A stretch of DNA of 64,000 nt from contig NMRA01000311.1 of NCBI GenBank assembly GCA_002633005.1, forward strand, positions 259,839-323,838, read 5' to 3'. Positions 39,431 to 51,573 of this stretch are shown one piece after another. The DNA comes from Phoronis australis (Eukaryota; Animalia; Phoronida). Both the position numbers and the translations under genes were made by a program. Position 1 is the stretch's first letter. Each line of letters begins with the position of its first letter. The notes beneath the pieces were generated by a model. That model searched no databases, was not told the origin of the DNA, and was given only the letters and a program-made list of their open reading frames with translations.

Positions 39431-40158
39431 GATAAGACAGCAAAACATCTATTATTTCATGTAAATGCGCCTGTGGCAGAATGATGCTGGAATAAGAATT
39501 CTTCTCTTAAGAAGAGTTTATTGAGGTTAGTTATCCCTAAAATTTCGATTTCTAAAATAGCGCGTGTATGTATGTTTGCTTGGGTAAAGGGATAGAATAG
39601 AATGCTATTACGGCAGGGATTACAATGAGACCAATTTATGAGAGTGAAAGTCCTAATTCGATTTCCGCTTTTAGACAACTAAACAGAGGGGAATGCATCT
39701 TTAAATTTTAGAACGTTCAGCTGAATTGTTTCACACAAGCGCTTACTTCCGGGTATAGGAATGGTTTGCGAACTTTGACACAGGTATACTTGCTCAAAGG
39801 TCTAAATAGACACACACAGTACCCCACAAACATTGTAGCCACCCTTTTTACATTCAGAGTCTCAAGTTATATAATACGTGGTAAATCAAACGGTCTGCAA
39901 ACTTTCGCGCAAATCTATCTACTGTGCCAAAAGCGTCAAAAATAAGCTATGAACTGAATGGTTTATCAATATTAATCAGTCAACTAAGATTCCTTATTAA
40001 AAGCATTTAAAATATGCCAAAATGTACAAAACATTAAACATGTTGTTATAAATTGCAGTTTGACAATTAGTTTAACTTCGTTTTTAAAGCGAGTACATCC
40101 AAACCACATTAAATTCTGTTAAATTTTTGACTTAGGATAATTTGATTTTTTATTACAG

Positions 40159-40244
40159 ACACTCAGTCTACTTGTTGTTTTCGCATTGTTCATCTCTATC
40201 GACGGAGTGAGGTATAGCAATAAGAACGAACACCTTCATGGCAG
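40159..40244 (+). CDS. Signal-peptide exon of a putative secreted PPPDE/LRAT-like protein
   Basis: ttttttattacag|ACA...GGCAG|gtaag; TLSLLVVFALFISIDGVRYSNKNEHLHG; its phase-2 end fits the exon at 41820. The ATG exon is unresolved (candidate ATG 39958-39960 with a weak donor). Confidence 0.72.
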
Positions 40245-41819
40245 GTAAGCTTGATAATTTGATGAAGCCGAAAATTAAGAACGAAAATGATCAACACTGG
40301 TCGTTTCGTTAGAGACATTCTAGGTTAGAATGGAATTTTACAGAAATTATTAGTAGCGTGATTTCGAATCCACTAGCTTCAGTCGCCGAATATAGAACGC
40401 GCCTAGTGTCACCACCTTATGACTAGTCATTAGGACTCATTGATGTTTAGCGTGTTAGAAATGACTTGTCACAAGCTAGGGGCGTTTCATATAGCCGAAC
40501 GCTCGATCTCTGAAGAAATGTTAAAAACACCAACCTTGATTTCAACGCCGGAAATCCTGGCACACATCGTCTAGAATTGGCGATTTGAAATAAAATCATA
40601 AAAACAGCGGATTTCATTGTTTTGTTTTCAACAAATCCAAAATTGCATCTTTCGGCCGTAAAACTCGTAAGGTTCCCTTCAGCAGCGGCAAACTCGTATT
40701 CCGTCAGTGGATTTAATTTGATTTAGATAATTTGGCGCTTCAAAATTGGCCTTTTCCTTTTATGAAGATAGATTTCCATGTGACTTGGAAGGACTGTTCG
40801 TTTTTGCTTGAGAGCGTTCGCTGTACACAAAATGGCCCGCCAGCCATGGCAAGCCAGCCAACTCTTTCAGCCAGAGTCTCGGCCAATAACAAAGCATTAT
40901 TTCTTTCTTAGTCCATCTAACCCTGAGGGAAGACTAAGATGACACCGGTTTTGACAATTTTATAGGTAAATACCAAACGTACTAGTTTTTCTACAAGATA
41001 GGCGGGTTTATAACGACTTTAAGTCATAATCGCCAGATAATTGCTAAGTTTGTAATGAAAACTACGTCTTGCTTAGGCCACACTACTTGCACACTTTGGT
41101 GGCGCTGCAAAAAAGATTGCGCGGCATTGTTGTTTAGGACAGGACACAATGCCGCGTTTTAGCCTCAATTTTAAAACGCAAACGTGAAAGCGCGTGTGTT
41201 CTAAACATGCAGAACCTTTTATAGTTTGGACACAATTCGTTTTCAGGCTTGATGGCGAATTCGTTCAAATAGTGAATGCACGTAGGTGCCACACACTTTT
41301 GCTGTTTTATCACCGAAATAAATGTTTATCCCGCAATTGTGCCAAGCTACAATGTTCTTTGCGTATGTCGGCATGCATTGTGCACTCCCTGTTATTCGAG
41401 TGATGCACATCTTTCACAGCCAAAAATGATTATTGTGCACCCTTATCAAGGGTAGTCACCATTAGCGATGAGGAGTCTTTACCGCGGGAACTCAAATCTT
41501 ACAGCCCTCCACAAAACTCCAAGCACCCCCAGAACTCTTACCGCCCATGGGGACACTATTCGTGGAAACTGAACTATGACAAGTTTCATTAGTACCCGCA
41601 TCAGAAGTAGAATCCGCATAATCTACTGCGGCCACCAATAAAGTTCTAGGTTTGCGTGCGCGCTTGTCGTTCAGGCTCTTTGTAAGTAATAAAAGTGACT
41701 GCATTGCGTGGTATTGAGCGATAAGGACTCCATCGTAGTGTTGCATAAATACACTAGAATCTAGGATTAAGTTGTATCGTAGATGAAATAGATCGCTAAT
41801 GTATTTCATTATTTTTCAG

Positions 41820-42192
41820 CTCACCGTATTACTTCGGGACGCAAAATTTATTGTGTATGGCTATCAGTAGGTACGTGAAGCGCGCATACCACCCTGAACG
41901 CTTTGTTCTACGGCCGTCTCATCGTGTTCTTTGGTACCGCGGCAAAGTTTATGACCAAACTAACGATGGTCACGGTAGGGTTACCAGCTTGGACAGCATT
42001 TCTGATTGTCGAGTGAGATGGGAGCAACGCTCTGCAGGGTACAGCACAGTGTCGCCTGCTTGCCTTCAGAGATGCGCTGCAAACTACGGGGACAAGTATG
42101 GGGAGTACAATCTGTTAACGAACAACTGCCACCATCTTACGAACCGATTTTCAAAGATTCTTCACGATAACTCATGCCCCAGTTGGTGTTAA
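41820..42192 (+). CDS. Permuted papain-fold (PPPDE/LRAT-like, NlpC/P60 superfamily) domain, terminal exon
   Basis: atttttcag|C TCA; His motif SHRVLWYRGKVY and Cys motif YNLLTNNCHHLTN; TAA ends at 42192; AATAAA at 42249. Confidence 0.8.
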
Positions 42193-42248
42193 TACTTGAA
42201 CTTGCTTCAGTTGACAGTTCCTGTTAATAATCAGACGACTACAACGTA

Positions 42249-42254
42249 AATAAA
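42249..42254 (+). promoter_or_regulatory. Polyadenylation signal of the PPPDE-like gene
   Basis: AATAAA 56 nt after the stop, followed by GT-rich sequence. Confidence 0.55.
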
Positions 42255-42659
42255 GTCGGTGATACAGTTCAGAGTTGTGTTCTTGCATTCACACTTGTTT
42301 TTGTGTTTCCGGCGACGTCAGCGTACATGTATATCTTGTGGGCATCATGCGTGAATACGATTTAAAACTACCAGTTTCCCAAGAATTGTACAACAAAACC
42401 TTCAATAAACAAAAAATTGATCTATTGCCGAATAAGTGATTGCCGCAACTATACATTAGACTGGCGGATCTAGAATGTCGCGAGGGGTTGTGGTAAATAC
42501 AATTTTCGTAAAAAAGTGTCTCCGTTACCCTTGAAACAGACACGTTTTTAGTCGGTGTCCTGCCCGGAAGACGGGAGAGGTCAAGTCTACCTATGCATTA
42601 TTGAGGAAAATGTCTCACTATTTTTAAAAGAATGTTTCGCTACAGTATTGATACTACCG

Positions 42660-42893
42660 AGTCTGGGGGGTCTCGAGCCCCCCCCCCATTTGGCGAAGTG
42701 GGCAAAAAGGTCTGCCTCAGAGAAAGAAAAAGCCTGAGAAAATGAGACAAAAGTCGACAGGAATTCGGCACAAATGCCCAATTCACATACCTGAACGTAG
42801 TGCCCCGTTTCTTTCAGTCAACGTTTTTTTCAGTAAAAGGTCCACATACTGAAAAATTCGAGCCCTCCATAGTTTAGACTGCGTGCGTGCATG
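42660..42893 (-). mobile_element. MITE, CATGCGCGCACC family (partial, inverted relative to the 58437 copy)
   Basis: CCATTTGGCGAAGTGGGCAAAAAGGTC is the reverse complement of 58614-58640; ends in GCGTGCGTGCATG. Confidence 0.75.
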
Positions 42894-44967
42894 TAAAGCG
42901 CGCAGATTTGGATGCCTCTTTTTGTTCCGAAAACCCCCCGAATATATGCCTTGGGTTTGTACAGGGAAAGTGTACGTTAAAGTAACTACGCTCAACATAA
43001 AGACAAAAATAAAATTAAATTGAATTAATTAAAAATTTGAAAGACAATTCAGGTATACAAACTGGTTTCATATACATACATATTTTTTTTTAAAAATGCA
43101 TAAAAACACACGAATCTATCAAGGGTCCCACACCATGCGACTTGACTCGAGACTCAACTCCAGAATTAACCAACCACGTGGTAGAAAATTAGGAAGCTAT
43201 ACTCAAAGTGGGTGCCCCCGATCGAACACTTTTTAGTCGAGTTTCAAATATTAGCTGGTGTTCTCGGCGCACGCAGCCCGCCGAGATTCTTTGTCAAAAT
43301 GCCTGAATGCATGTGTGAAGATCGCTATGAGATATTTCAATGGAAATGAAACCGTTTCATATTACCAAGCATTTGCACAAGCAGTGTCACTACGATATTC
43401 CATTTTTACGACAAGCTCGAGATTGGACAGAATAATGAGGGGGGAGGGGGAGGTATGGAAGTGCCTACAAAAGCAAGGGAGAGCACGACTCGGCATAAGT
43501 AGCGGTCTCTTGAAATACGTCGCAGTCAGTCAGTTTCAGACTCATACCGACCACGAAACTTCCTGGTGGCGACTGGTCTTTTTGCTACGAGGGTAAAGAA
43601 GAGTGAGGGAGAGATGAATGTGACGGTGGCAACTGGGACAAGTATGGATTTGTTTGCAAACCTTTCATTGTTTGGATTTGCGTTTTTTATTTATCTCTCC
43701 AGATGTTTCTGTTGTCAATTTGAACCGATCAGATTTCGACACAATTGATCTTAGTCACCTGCAGAAATGTCCAGATGAAAAATTACACTTTCATATTTCT
43801 GTTGATTGTTTGAGCGGGCTTTAACAATGTAAATAAAAGTAATGTCCTATGAAACTATAGTGTTCATGTGGCGGAAATCAGATACGTGTACATACAGGCA
43901 TACTCTTCATGTCCGCCAAACAGCTAATCAGATTATGATATATCTGCACGGATTTTAGCAAACCCACATTTCATTCGTTCTCGTTTGTGAGCATACTTTG
44001 GCCACGGGTTCAATGCTGGTTTCATTTCACTAGGCGTGGAATTAACTGGGGGCGAGAAAAAGGCGTTTCTCGCGTGGAACTGGCAAGCTATAGGGACACC
44101 CTATGTGGCCAGTTCCACGCTTAAGGAAGGGGAAAATGTTCGTGTAAGACAAGCATGCACGAAAACGAAATCGGGTGACAATTTGTGTCGTCATCGAAAT
44201 ATTAACTTGTTGTCCAGGCGATAATTTACGCCGTAACAGGGTGGCCCCCCGTGACAACGCCTTCACCCAGTTTATGTCTCATAGGAGTAAACGTTTGAAA
44301 TGAAGATGGCAAAACGGGCTGGTGGGTTAAGTATGAACATGTTCACGATTTCGCTCAGGATGTGAGCTCGTTCTTCCGCAAGTTGGGTTATCTTTACTAC
44401 TGACGGCCATATTACGAGTACACAGTGTCTCAGATAATGTGCTTACGTTTTAGCTTCTGGTTTGGTTTCGAGCATTTGTAAGCGTGGAATGTGCCTGAGT
44501 ATTGGGCTATTTCAACTTCCGTATTATCATAATTTAATTAACAAACTGGGCACCAGCATCTCAAGTGACCTACTTTGGTGAAGTGAGTTTAGTGCTTCAG
44601 CTAAATTTTATTAAGCCAGGGTAAATCAAGGTGTTGCCAAGGAAGCAAGGTGTTGCCAATTCGCGTTGTTAAAAGTATGAACGGTACGGTAAGAAGTTAT
44701 TCAGTTAAGTTTCAGTCCCTTCCAGCTAGGTTTATTACAAGGACAAAATGTAGTGCATCTATACCTACCGCTGGGAGGTCTTCTCTGGCGAAGTTCGGTG
44801 ATGCCGTCAAGGGACCTTGTGCCCCAACTCCCGAAGGTTTAATAGTATATAAGATACCTTTTTGCCAGTGTTTGAGTGAAATGCGAGTGTCACCAAAAAT
44901 GTTTTCCCTTCAAGAAGAAAAAAAAATGATGAAAACGAGACTCATAACTGCTTGAATAGTAATTTGA

Positions 44968-45041
44968 AAAGTTTTCTTTTATGCTTTTATACAGAACGTC
45001 ACAAAAGTTTTCTTTTATGCTTTTATACAGAACGTCACAAA
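44968..45041. repeat. Tandem duplication of 36 bp
   Basis: AAAGTTTTCTTTTATGCTTTTATACAGAACGTCACA occurs twice. Confidence 0.9.
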
Positions 45042-46340
45042 CCTGTTAAAGATGCATTGGCCAGCAAAAACACAAATAAGAAATTGAGTCTCATTTTGTG
45101 GTGTATGTGTACATGCTTCATTTTTAAATTTGCTATTGAAGTCTGGTCAAACCCAATAAAGCCTGCAAGTCCAAGTCCAAATCAAACTGACCTCTTCTCT
45201 TGCTTGTGCCCACTGCGAGCTGTTTTCCTATCAGTGTAATTGACCTGATCGTTTGCGATCAAGGATGGTGTTAGGCAAAATGTATTCCCAGTACCTGAGC
45301 ACTATATTCCCACATCGTCAGACTGGAGACTGCAGGATTTTTATACGCTATTACTTACATATTATTCTTGGCTGAATAACGCCATCTTGACCTCGGACAA
45401 ATTTTACATAGCAAAAGTGGTAGTCATTGTCAGAAGTTTGCTGTGGGTTTAGTTCAAAAGGTAGCTATGCTTTGTGATTGTGCGTGGATGGAGAGTGAAC
45501 GATTAAATCCAGTAATTAATTTATTATATAATAACCACTAATTAAAACAGGTGAAACCTGTTATTAACTATGTACACTAACAATGAAGAAGAGTAACTAC
45601 GTTAACGCTCTCTGTAAGGATAACGTCAATCAATTAACAATAAACAATCATACATCTTATCTGTTGTGTGAGACTAGACACTCGTTGGATGACAGTCCAG
45701 TTGGTTAATCATTGCCCTTGCCAAAATCCTTATTAGAATCTTCCACAAGATGGCCCAGTTGTACTATTTATTCAATAAACTGAAACAAGGCCTGTAGCTT
45801 CAACTATTAAAATCCATCTGGCTATCTCCCAGTCTTCTGCCCAAACTATAATAATGTACTTACGTAATTACTATTGGGTGATAAAAGCCACGAGATCTTA
45901 TTAAATCATATCATTGGCTGTTATGATCTGATCTCAGGAATGTCCAGAATCCTTACCGTACATTAAACCCAGAACAAAGAGGTAAACATCCTCTAAAAAT
46001 ACATATAGATATCAAAAGTACATGTAAACAAGTTTGACCACATTGATTTAAAAGTTCATTATGCACAAATTGTGGGCAACCTCAATGGAACTAACTCTAC
46101 CAATTTCATAACCAATATTTATAATTCTGAAAGTCACATTCCTGGTTCATATTCGTCCGTCACCGAGACACGCCCTTCTGACAGTCTGCCCCGGAGACGG
46201 AAGAGAGATAAATAAGGCCTTTTGTTGTAGACAACATCGTTGGTCGAGTCTCGTATTTACGTGTTATTATTAGTTAGCTTACATATGTTTATTCGTCGAG
46301 TTTGAGCGAATATGTAGGAAATTCGTCGACTGTCGTGCGT

Positions 46341-46790
46341 TTAAAGTTATGTAAGACCCTAGAAAAATGGCCAAATGTGGCTAAATTTGGAACATCATAT
46401 CCAAAATGGCTGATCGGATTCATAAATGAAACTTTCAGATACTGTTCTCCAACATGCTGATAGGATTTGTTTCACCTTTATAATTATCCGCAATCTTAGA
46501 TTACATGAAACGAAAATGAAACAACATTTTAGAAAATTATGTCAGCTTTTTGAAATCTCATCTTGAACATTTATATCATATAAAAATTCATCCTGTTGTT
46601 GATACCGCTGTTTTGCAATCAATGTACATTTCACGTGACACAGTTGACTCCAGATTAGTAAAAATTCAAAAATCCATTCTACAGACTTTCTACGTCCAGA
46701 AAATATATACTTTTTAGTTTTGCAGATATTTAGCTAGAAACGCAGATTTGTCGATAAGACTCTACGTTCCTTATACATGTATGTAATTTA
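46341..46790. mobile_element. Second copy of the 1651-2149 element family
   Basis: Starts TTAAAGTTATG and shares colinear internal blocks. Confidence 0.6.
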
Positions 46791-47393
46791 ACCATCTCTC
46801 TCAGTATGCACTGCACTGCCGAACTTGTGTTTTGCAGCGCGCCGTCGTTCTTGAAGTTGAATAAACATACGTGCTCCTTCAAAAAGAACTCGGTGGAGTT
46901 CAGTAACCCTAGGACTTTTATTGAGTAAAAATCTATAGTTTTGCAGATATTTAGCTAGAAACGCAGATTTGTCGATAAGGCTCTACATTGCTGATACACG
47001 TATGTAATTTAACCGGGGGTCTGTTCCAAGAAACTGGCTTAAGTTCATTTTTGACTTAAGTTTAAGATTTGTCTTAAATTCAACACTTTGAAACTTCCAC
47101 TTTCGGCAAAATAGTCAAAATTAAGACAAAACTTGTGTCAAACACTTAAGTCAAACTTAAAATCTCTTTCTTGAATTGGTTTTGAGACAACTTCATCTTT
47201 TGTTTTAAAATTTACGAATATTTAAGATTTGTTTGTCTTAGCTAAAAGTCAATTTTGCTGGAACGGGCCCCAGCTCTCTTAGTATTGGCTGCAATGACGA
47301 AACTGTATTTTCAGAGCGTCGTCATTCTTGAAGTTGAATAAACATACGTGCTCCTAAAAAACTCGGTCAGTAGAGTTCCGTAACGCTAGGACC
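46715..47393. repeat. Tandem duplication of about 200 bp; the second copy is interrupted by a MITE
   Basis: 46715-46915 matches 46936-47016 plus 47271-47393. Confidence 0.85.
47017..47270. mobile_element. MITE, Harbinger-like (GGG ends, 3-bp CWG-type TSD)
   Basis: GGGTCTGTTCCA...TGGAACGGGCCC with flanks CGG/CAG; the empty site is visible in the upstream duplicate. Confidence 0.78.
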
Positions 47394-49799
47394 TGCACTA
47401 GGCCCTCGCTAAATCTAGCCAAAATCACGTGTTCTCATTTAGAATACACGGCACTATCTCACGTATTCTCGCGAAGTCTTACTCTTTAGCGAAGTCCTGG
47501 CGATACTGAACTATACTGCGTGGCGGAATCAATGACGAGGTAAATTTCACTTGAAGCACAAGGCTTAGTGCTTCAGACGGCCTCACAGCAGGAAGAGTTT
47601 CAGAGAAGGATTGATGTCGTCAACAACCGACTCACCACGTTAGAATCAGTGGCTAATGTGGGTATCATAATACAAAAAATGTATGCTGCGTTCAGGTATG
47701 AATTTTCATAAAAAAGCCGACAAAAAAGCAAGAATGATTTAAAAAGATACCAACCCTGTTTTGTAATTCAATGATATTCAAATTCAATTCTAAAGTAAGA
47801 ATCAACCTTACATTGTAAATTCTATCCTATCTTGTTTAGAAGATTCACGGCTTTTAAAATGTTTTAATTTAGTAATCGGAAAAAGGAAACATGAATAGAA
47901 TGAGCGAACAGAATTAAACGAACTTTCCCCAAACACCTCTTCTACAGTTGTTCGAAGCCATTTTATAAACATCCTCGATTCTCTTGCGTTAATATTTTTC
48001 TTGTGGTTTCATTTTGGCACAAATCTGCGAGACAAATGACTCATACAACAAACATGCAGATGGCTCCGCTCCACCATCTAGCGTGTTGGTAAATGGCAAC
48101 CAAAATTGCTGTTCAGTAGAGCAGATTTAGACAACGGGCTAGCATTTGATGGTTAGAATTTCGAAGCCAACAACATGTCGTCCCGTGACGCCTGGCCGGG
48201 AACAACAGATTTGACTGCAACGCAGGCGATCCATGACCGTGTAACCTTTCACTCAAATGAATGAAAGATCAACTACTTAGCTGGCACGAGGCGAGTTTCG
48301 AACTATGCGCACGAGCATTCCGTCCAAGTGTTGCGGGCACGATACCCATGTTCTGATGTATCTGGAGTCGTGATATCACATCAATGGATGTAGAATGCCT
48401 GCCTCCTTATTCACAGCACCCCTGTACCACCTGTACCCAACTACACCGAATAACTAAATTAAAACTCCCCTTTGTCAACGTTGCACTTATCCGGGCCTTA
48501 AAATGTTTCGAGCAGAATTTGAAAATTCCTTGCAAAGTCTGCTTAACGGAGAATGCCACCCAAAAAACAACCTATTTTGTATCAATTTAGTTAGATCGAG
48601 TAGTTCTACTCCGTCGATAACGGCAGGTTCGGTTGCGTTACCTGACACCAGACGGCAAACGGAGGTTTTGAAAATGATCCAGTGACGTAATTGGTTTCAC
48701 ACGCCGTCTGTCCAGCAGTTCACAACTCGGGTTAGTAGTGTCAGCTTATCGCTTGAATTCATCGTTTAACACCAATAAATCATCAAACTTCGATGCAAAA
48801 CCCTTAAAAATACACCGAGTTCTTGTAAAAACGTCTTGTTTTATTTCGCTGTTACGGATTTACTGGTATTTGGACACACCGCAGCCTACAAAGTTGGGCA
48901 GGCCAATTTACCAAGGTCCGTAGCAGGAGTTTGGAGTCTGTTCGGAGATAAATTCGAAGTATTCTTCCGTGAAATACAGACAGAATTACCTAGATCTGTG
49001 TTGTTTATACTTGTGATTTTTGAGATCGGAACCCGATCAGGCCAGTCGCGGCCGGACTGACTCGTTATCCCGGCTGTGGCTCGGAACCCCCGATCAGGTC
49101 CGTTGCGGCCGCCGCGGACTGGTACGAACATAAACCATCGTGAGTTGGAAACTAAACCTCTAGTCACGAAAAGACTATAATAGTGAGCCAAAGCAATAAT
49201 GCGCACGCAATTACTGATTTGAATTAGCCACGAAACTGAAAATCTACTTACTTGTCGGGGGCCGCGAAGTCGGGTTCCCCTTCCATAGACCGTCAGGGCA
49301 AAGATTATACAGTAACAATGATTTGAATAATGTATTTGTATTTCTAAATTAAGATTCCCCTAACATGTGACCATAGCATATAAAATCGAGTAATTGTTTC
49401 ACAACAGCTTTCTTTCAGCAAACACTGAATTAGCATGCGCTCACACGGCCTCGATGCCCGGTCAATTACCTTTGTTGCCCGCGGCATCAAAAGCCGGTAA
49501 CGCTGTGGTTTATTCATCGCTGGCTTCTCAAAACATTTCCACTCACGAGTACCCCAAGGCATTACAAATTGTATCTAATGAGACAGACTTTGTTTTAGTT
49601 TCATATAAGCATTGGTTAGGATGAGAATAATTCATTTTGAAACAGAACGCAGAATAACAAACGTCAACATGGCAACTCGCCCGGCGCCAGTCCTGACTTA
49701 GTCAAGAGCTCATCCGACGAAGACTTCACGGGTAGGATCATTAGGTTTCACAGCTAGGCTTTCAGTTCGAACCGGAATACACTGATCAAGAAATACTAG

Positions 49800-50075
49800 A
49801 GAGGTGCCGTGAACATGCACAGGCAACGGAACGTATGGATAATTGTTTGGTAAGCCGGAATTCGTCAGAGAAATCACTGTGGACGAAATGCCGGCCCGGC
49901 ACAGACACGGAGATGTTTGCACGGCCTCATACTTGTTATTAACAGCTACCGCGAGCCACTTCCTAAGCATTTCGGGCTCTCGAGGAAGTCGAAAAAACGA
50001 TATACCCGCTTTCTTCGCAGCTTCATAGTTCGGACAAGCGGGAACGATGCACCGCAATATAGCGGCATTCACTCT
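49800..50075 (-). pseudogene. Frameshifted THAP zinc-finger domain remnant
   Basis: CIVPAC...GISFFRLP...LRKWL; HLRVC and RHF continue in shifted frames, one shift caused by a 4-bp CCGG duplication. Confidence 0.7.
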
Positions 50076-50765
50076 GCAGACGAACCACTGACGTCACTGC
50101 GTCGTTTCTCACCTTCCTCACAGGTTGACGCGGCACCTCTCGGCAAGGTGAGGTCGACCGTACACAAAGCGATGTGGATATAGACCGATTAAGACGGTAA
50201 AAAGACTAATTAAATCGGGCAGCATTCTCCTTTAACCGTGTCACAGGCGTCCTCAGCTTCTGATCGTCCCCAGTACACTATATATAATACTACAAGGTAC
50301 GACACACCGGACTAGAAATTCCACGTGTGCCTCACTTCAGCCGTTCATAGCAAACACAAAACTCAATAAATTTACAAAAAAAAACAGAAGTTCAACAAGC
50401 CGTGAGGAATTGTTCTTTCTCCCAGTTCCATTTACGGTGTCCTGCTCCACCGAGTTCACAGGAAATTCGCGGTAAATCCCAAAAATCTTCCCAAAAAGTC
50501 CGTCCAGAGCAACTCCCGTGTCAGACGCAATGGGTACGGAATTATCCGCTGAGTTACGGATGAACGGCAATTGCCGATTCATCACGGAAAGTCACGGCAT
50601 CTCACCTGCCAAACTTTCAAATCAGCCGTGCTTAAATAAGTGGTTACACCTCATTACATAATTGGACAGAAATATTTAGTCAGAGAAAGACTTAACGAAA
50701 TTATTTATCTCATTTTTGCCTGCGTGTTATTTAAGATGCTTATATCGCTGGAAATGGGAACAGAA

Positions 50766-51573
50766 CACTGTTCCGAAGTTTCACTACACCAACGGTTCAT
50801 TATTTCGAAGGTTCACTACTTCGAAGGTTCACTACTCCGAATTAAGTTCACTACTCCGAATTTGGAACTCTGATGTAACTTTTAAATTTTTAAATGCAAA
50901 AATAAGAGGCATGGCTTCGGTTATTAGATGCACTGACCGAAAACAAGGCCCAGTTTCTAAAACACTCTGTTTGAATTTCATGCGCATGCAAAATTGTCCA
51001 CAAATCTTACGAATGCGGAAAAATGAGTACGCACTTGTATTTCTAAAAGGATATGAAATAGGGGTATTGATGAATTATCAACAACGATACAGTCATCAAA
51101 TCCATGTCAAGACCGTATCATTTCGCGCCACGTCCGGTTCGGAAGTAAGCGTAGTTAGTAGGCTACCATGTCCCTGTCAGTCTTTAGAAAGTCAGATAGT
51201 CCCATTCAGTCTTCTAAAATTTGGAACCGCCGTTTGGTCGCCGAAGCCCTGACCCCTGCCCCAGATGTTGTCCCTTTCAGTTGAGAATCAGTCGTTAGTT
51301 AGACTCAACAATCACCATGGGCAGTGATTGGAACTGAGCTCATTTGTAAAAAATGTGATCAATGTTTTAGAACTATTCAACTTTTGCACAGTCTACATGG
51401 ACGCAAGTCATTCACGTCCGTTCCGACTCACCAACAGGCAAACTAATGAAGTGTCGGAGTTCTGGTTTCGAAATGGAGGACATTCGAAGAAGCCCTTTCG
51501 AAGGAAGCGAAACTTCGGAGTAGTGAACCTTCAGAGTAGTAGACTTTTGAAGTAGTGAACCTTCGGAATAATG
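50766..51573. mobile_element. Non-autonomous element with inverted terminal arrays of a 17-bp unit
   Basis: (TCCGAAGGTTCACTACT)n at 50766-50860 and its reverse complement at 51500-51573. Confidence 0.72.

Noticed and set aside
39761-39783. ATG at 39761 with donor CAG|gtata as the first exon of the PPPDE-like gene
   Set aside because: In-frame TGA after five codons and the wrong phase for the 40159 exon.
47545-47700. Coiled-coil-like open frame (QQEEFQRRIDVVNNRLTTLE)
   Set aside because: An in-frame stop lies immediately upstream, there is no convincing acceptor, and no family is recognisable.
50716-51252. 178-aa ORF
   Set aside because: It starts in the 17-bp repeat array of a non-autonomous element, with no protein motifs or splice support.
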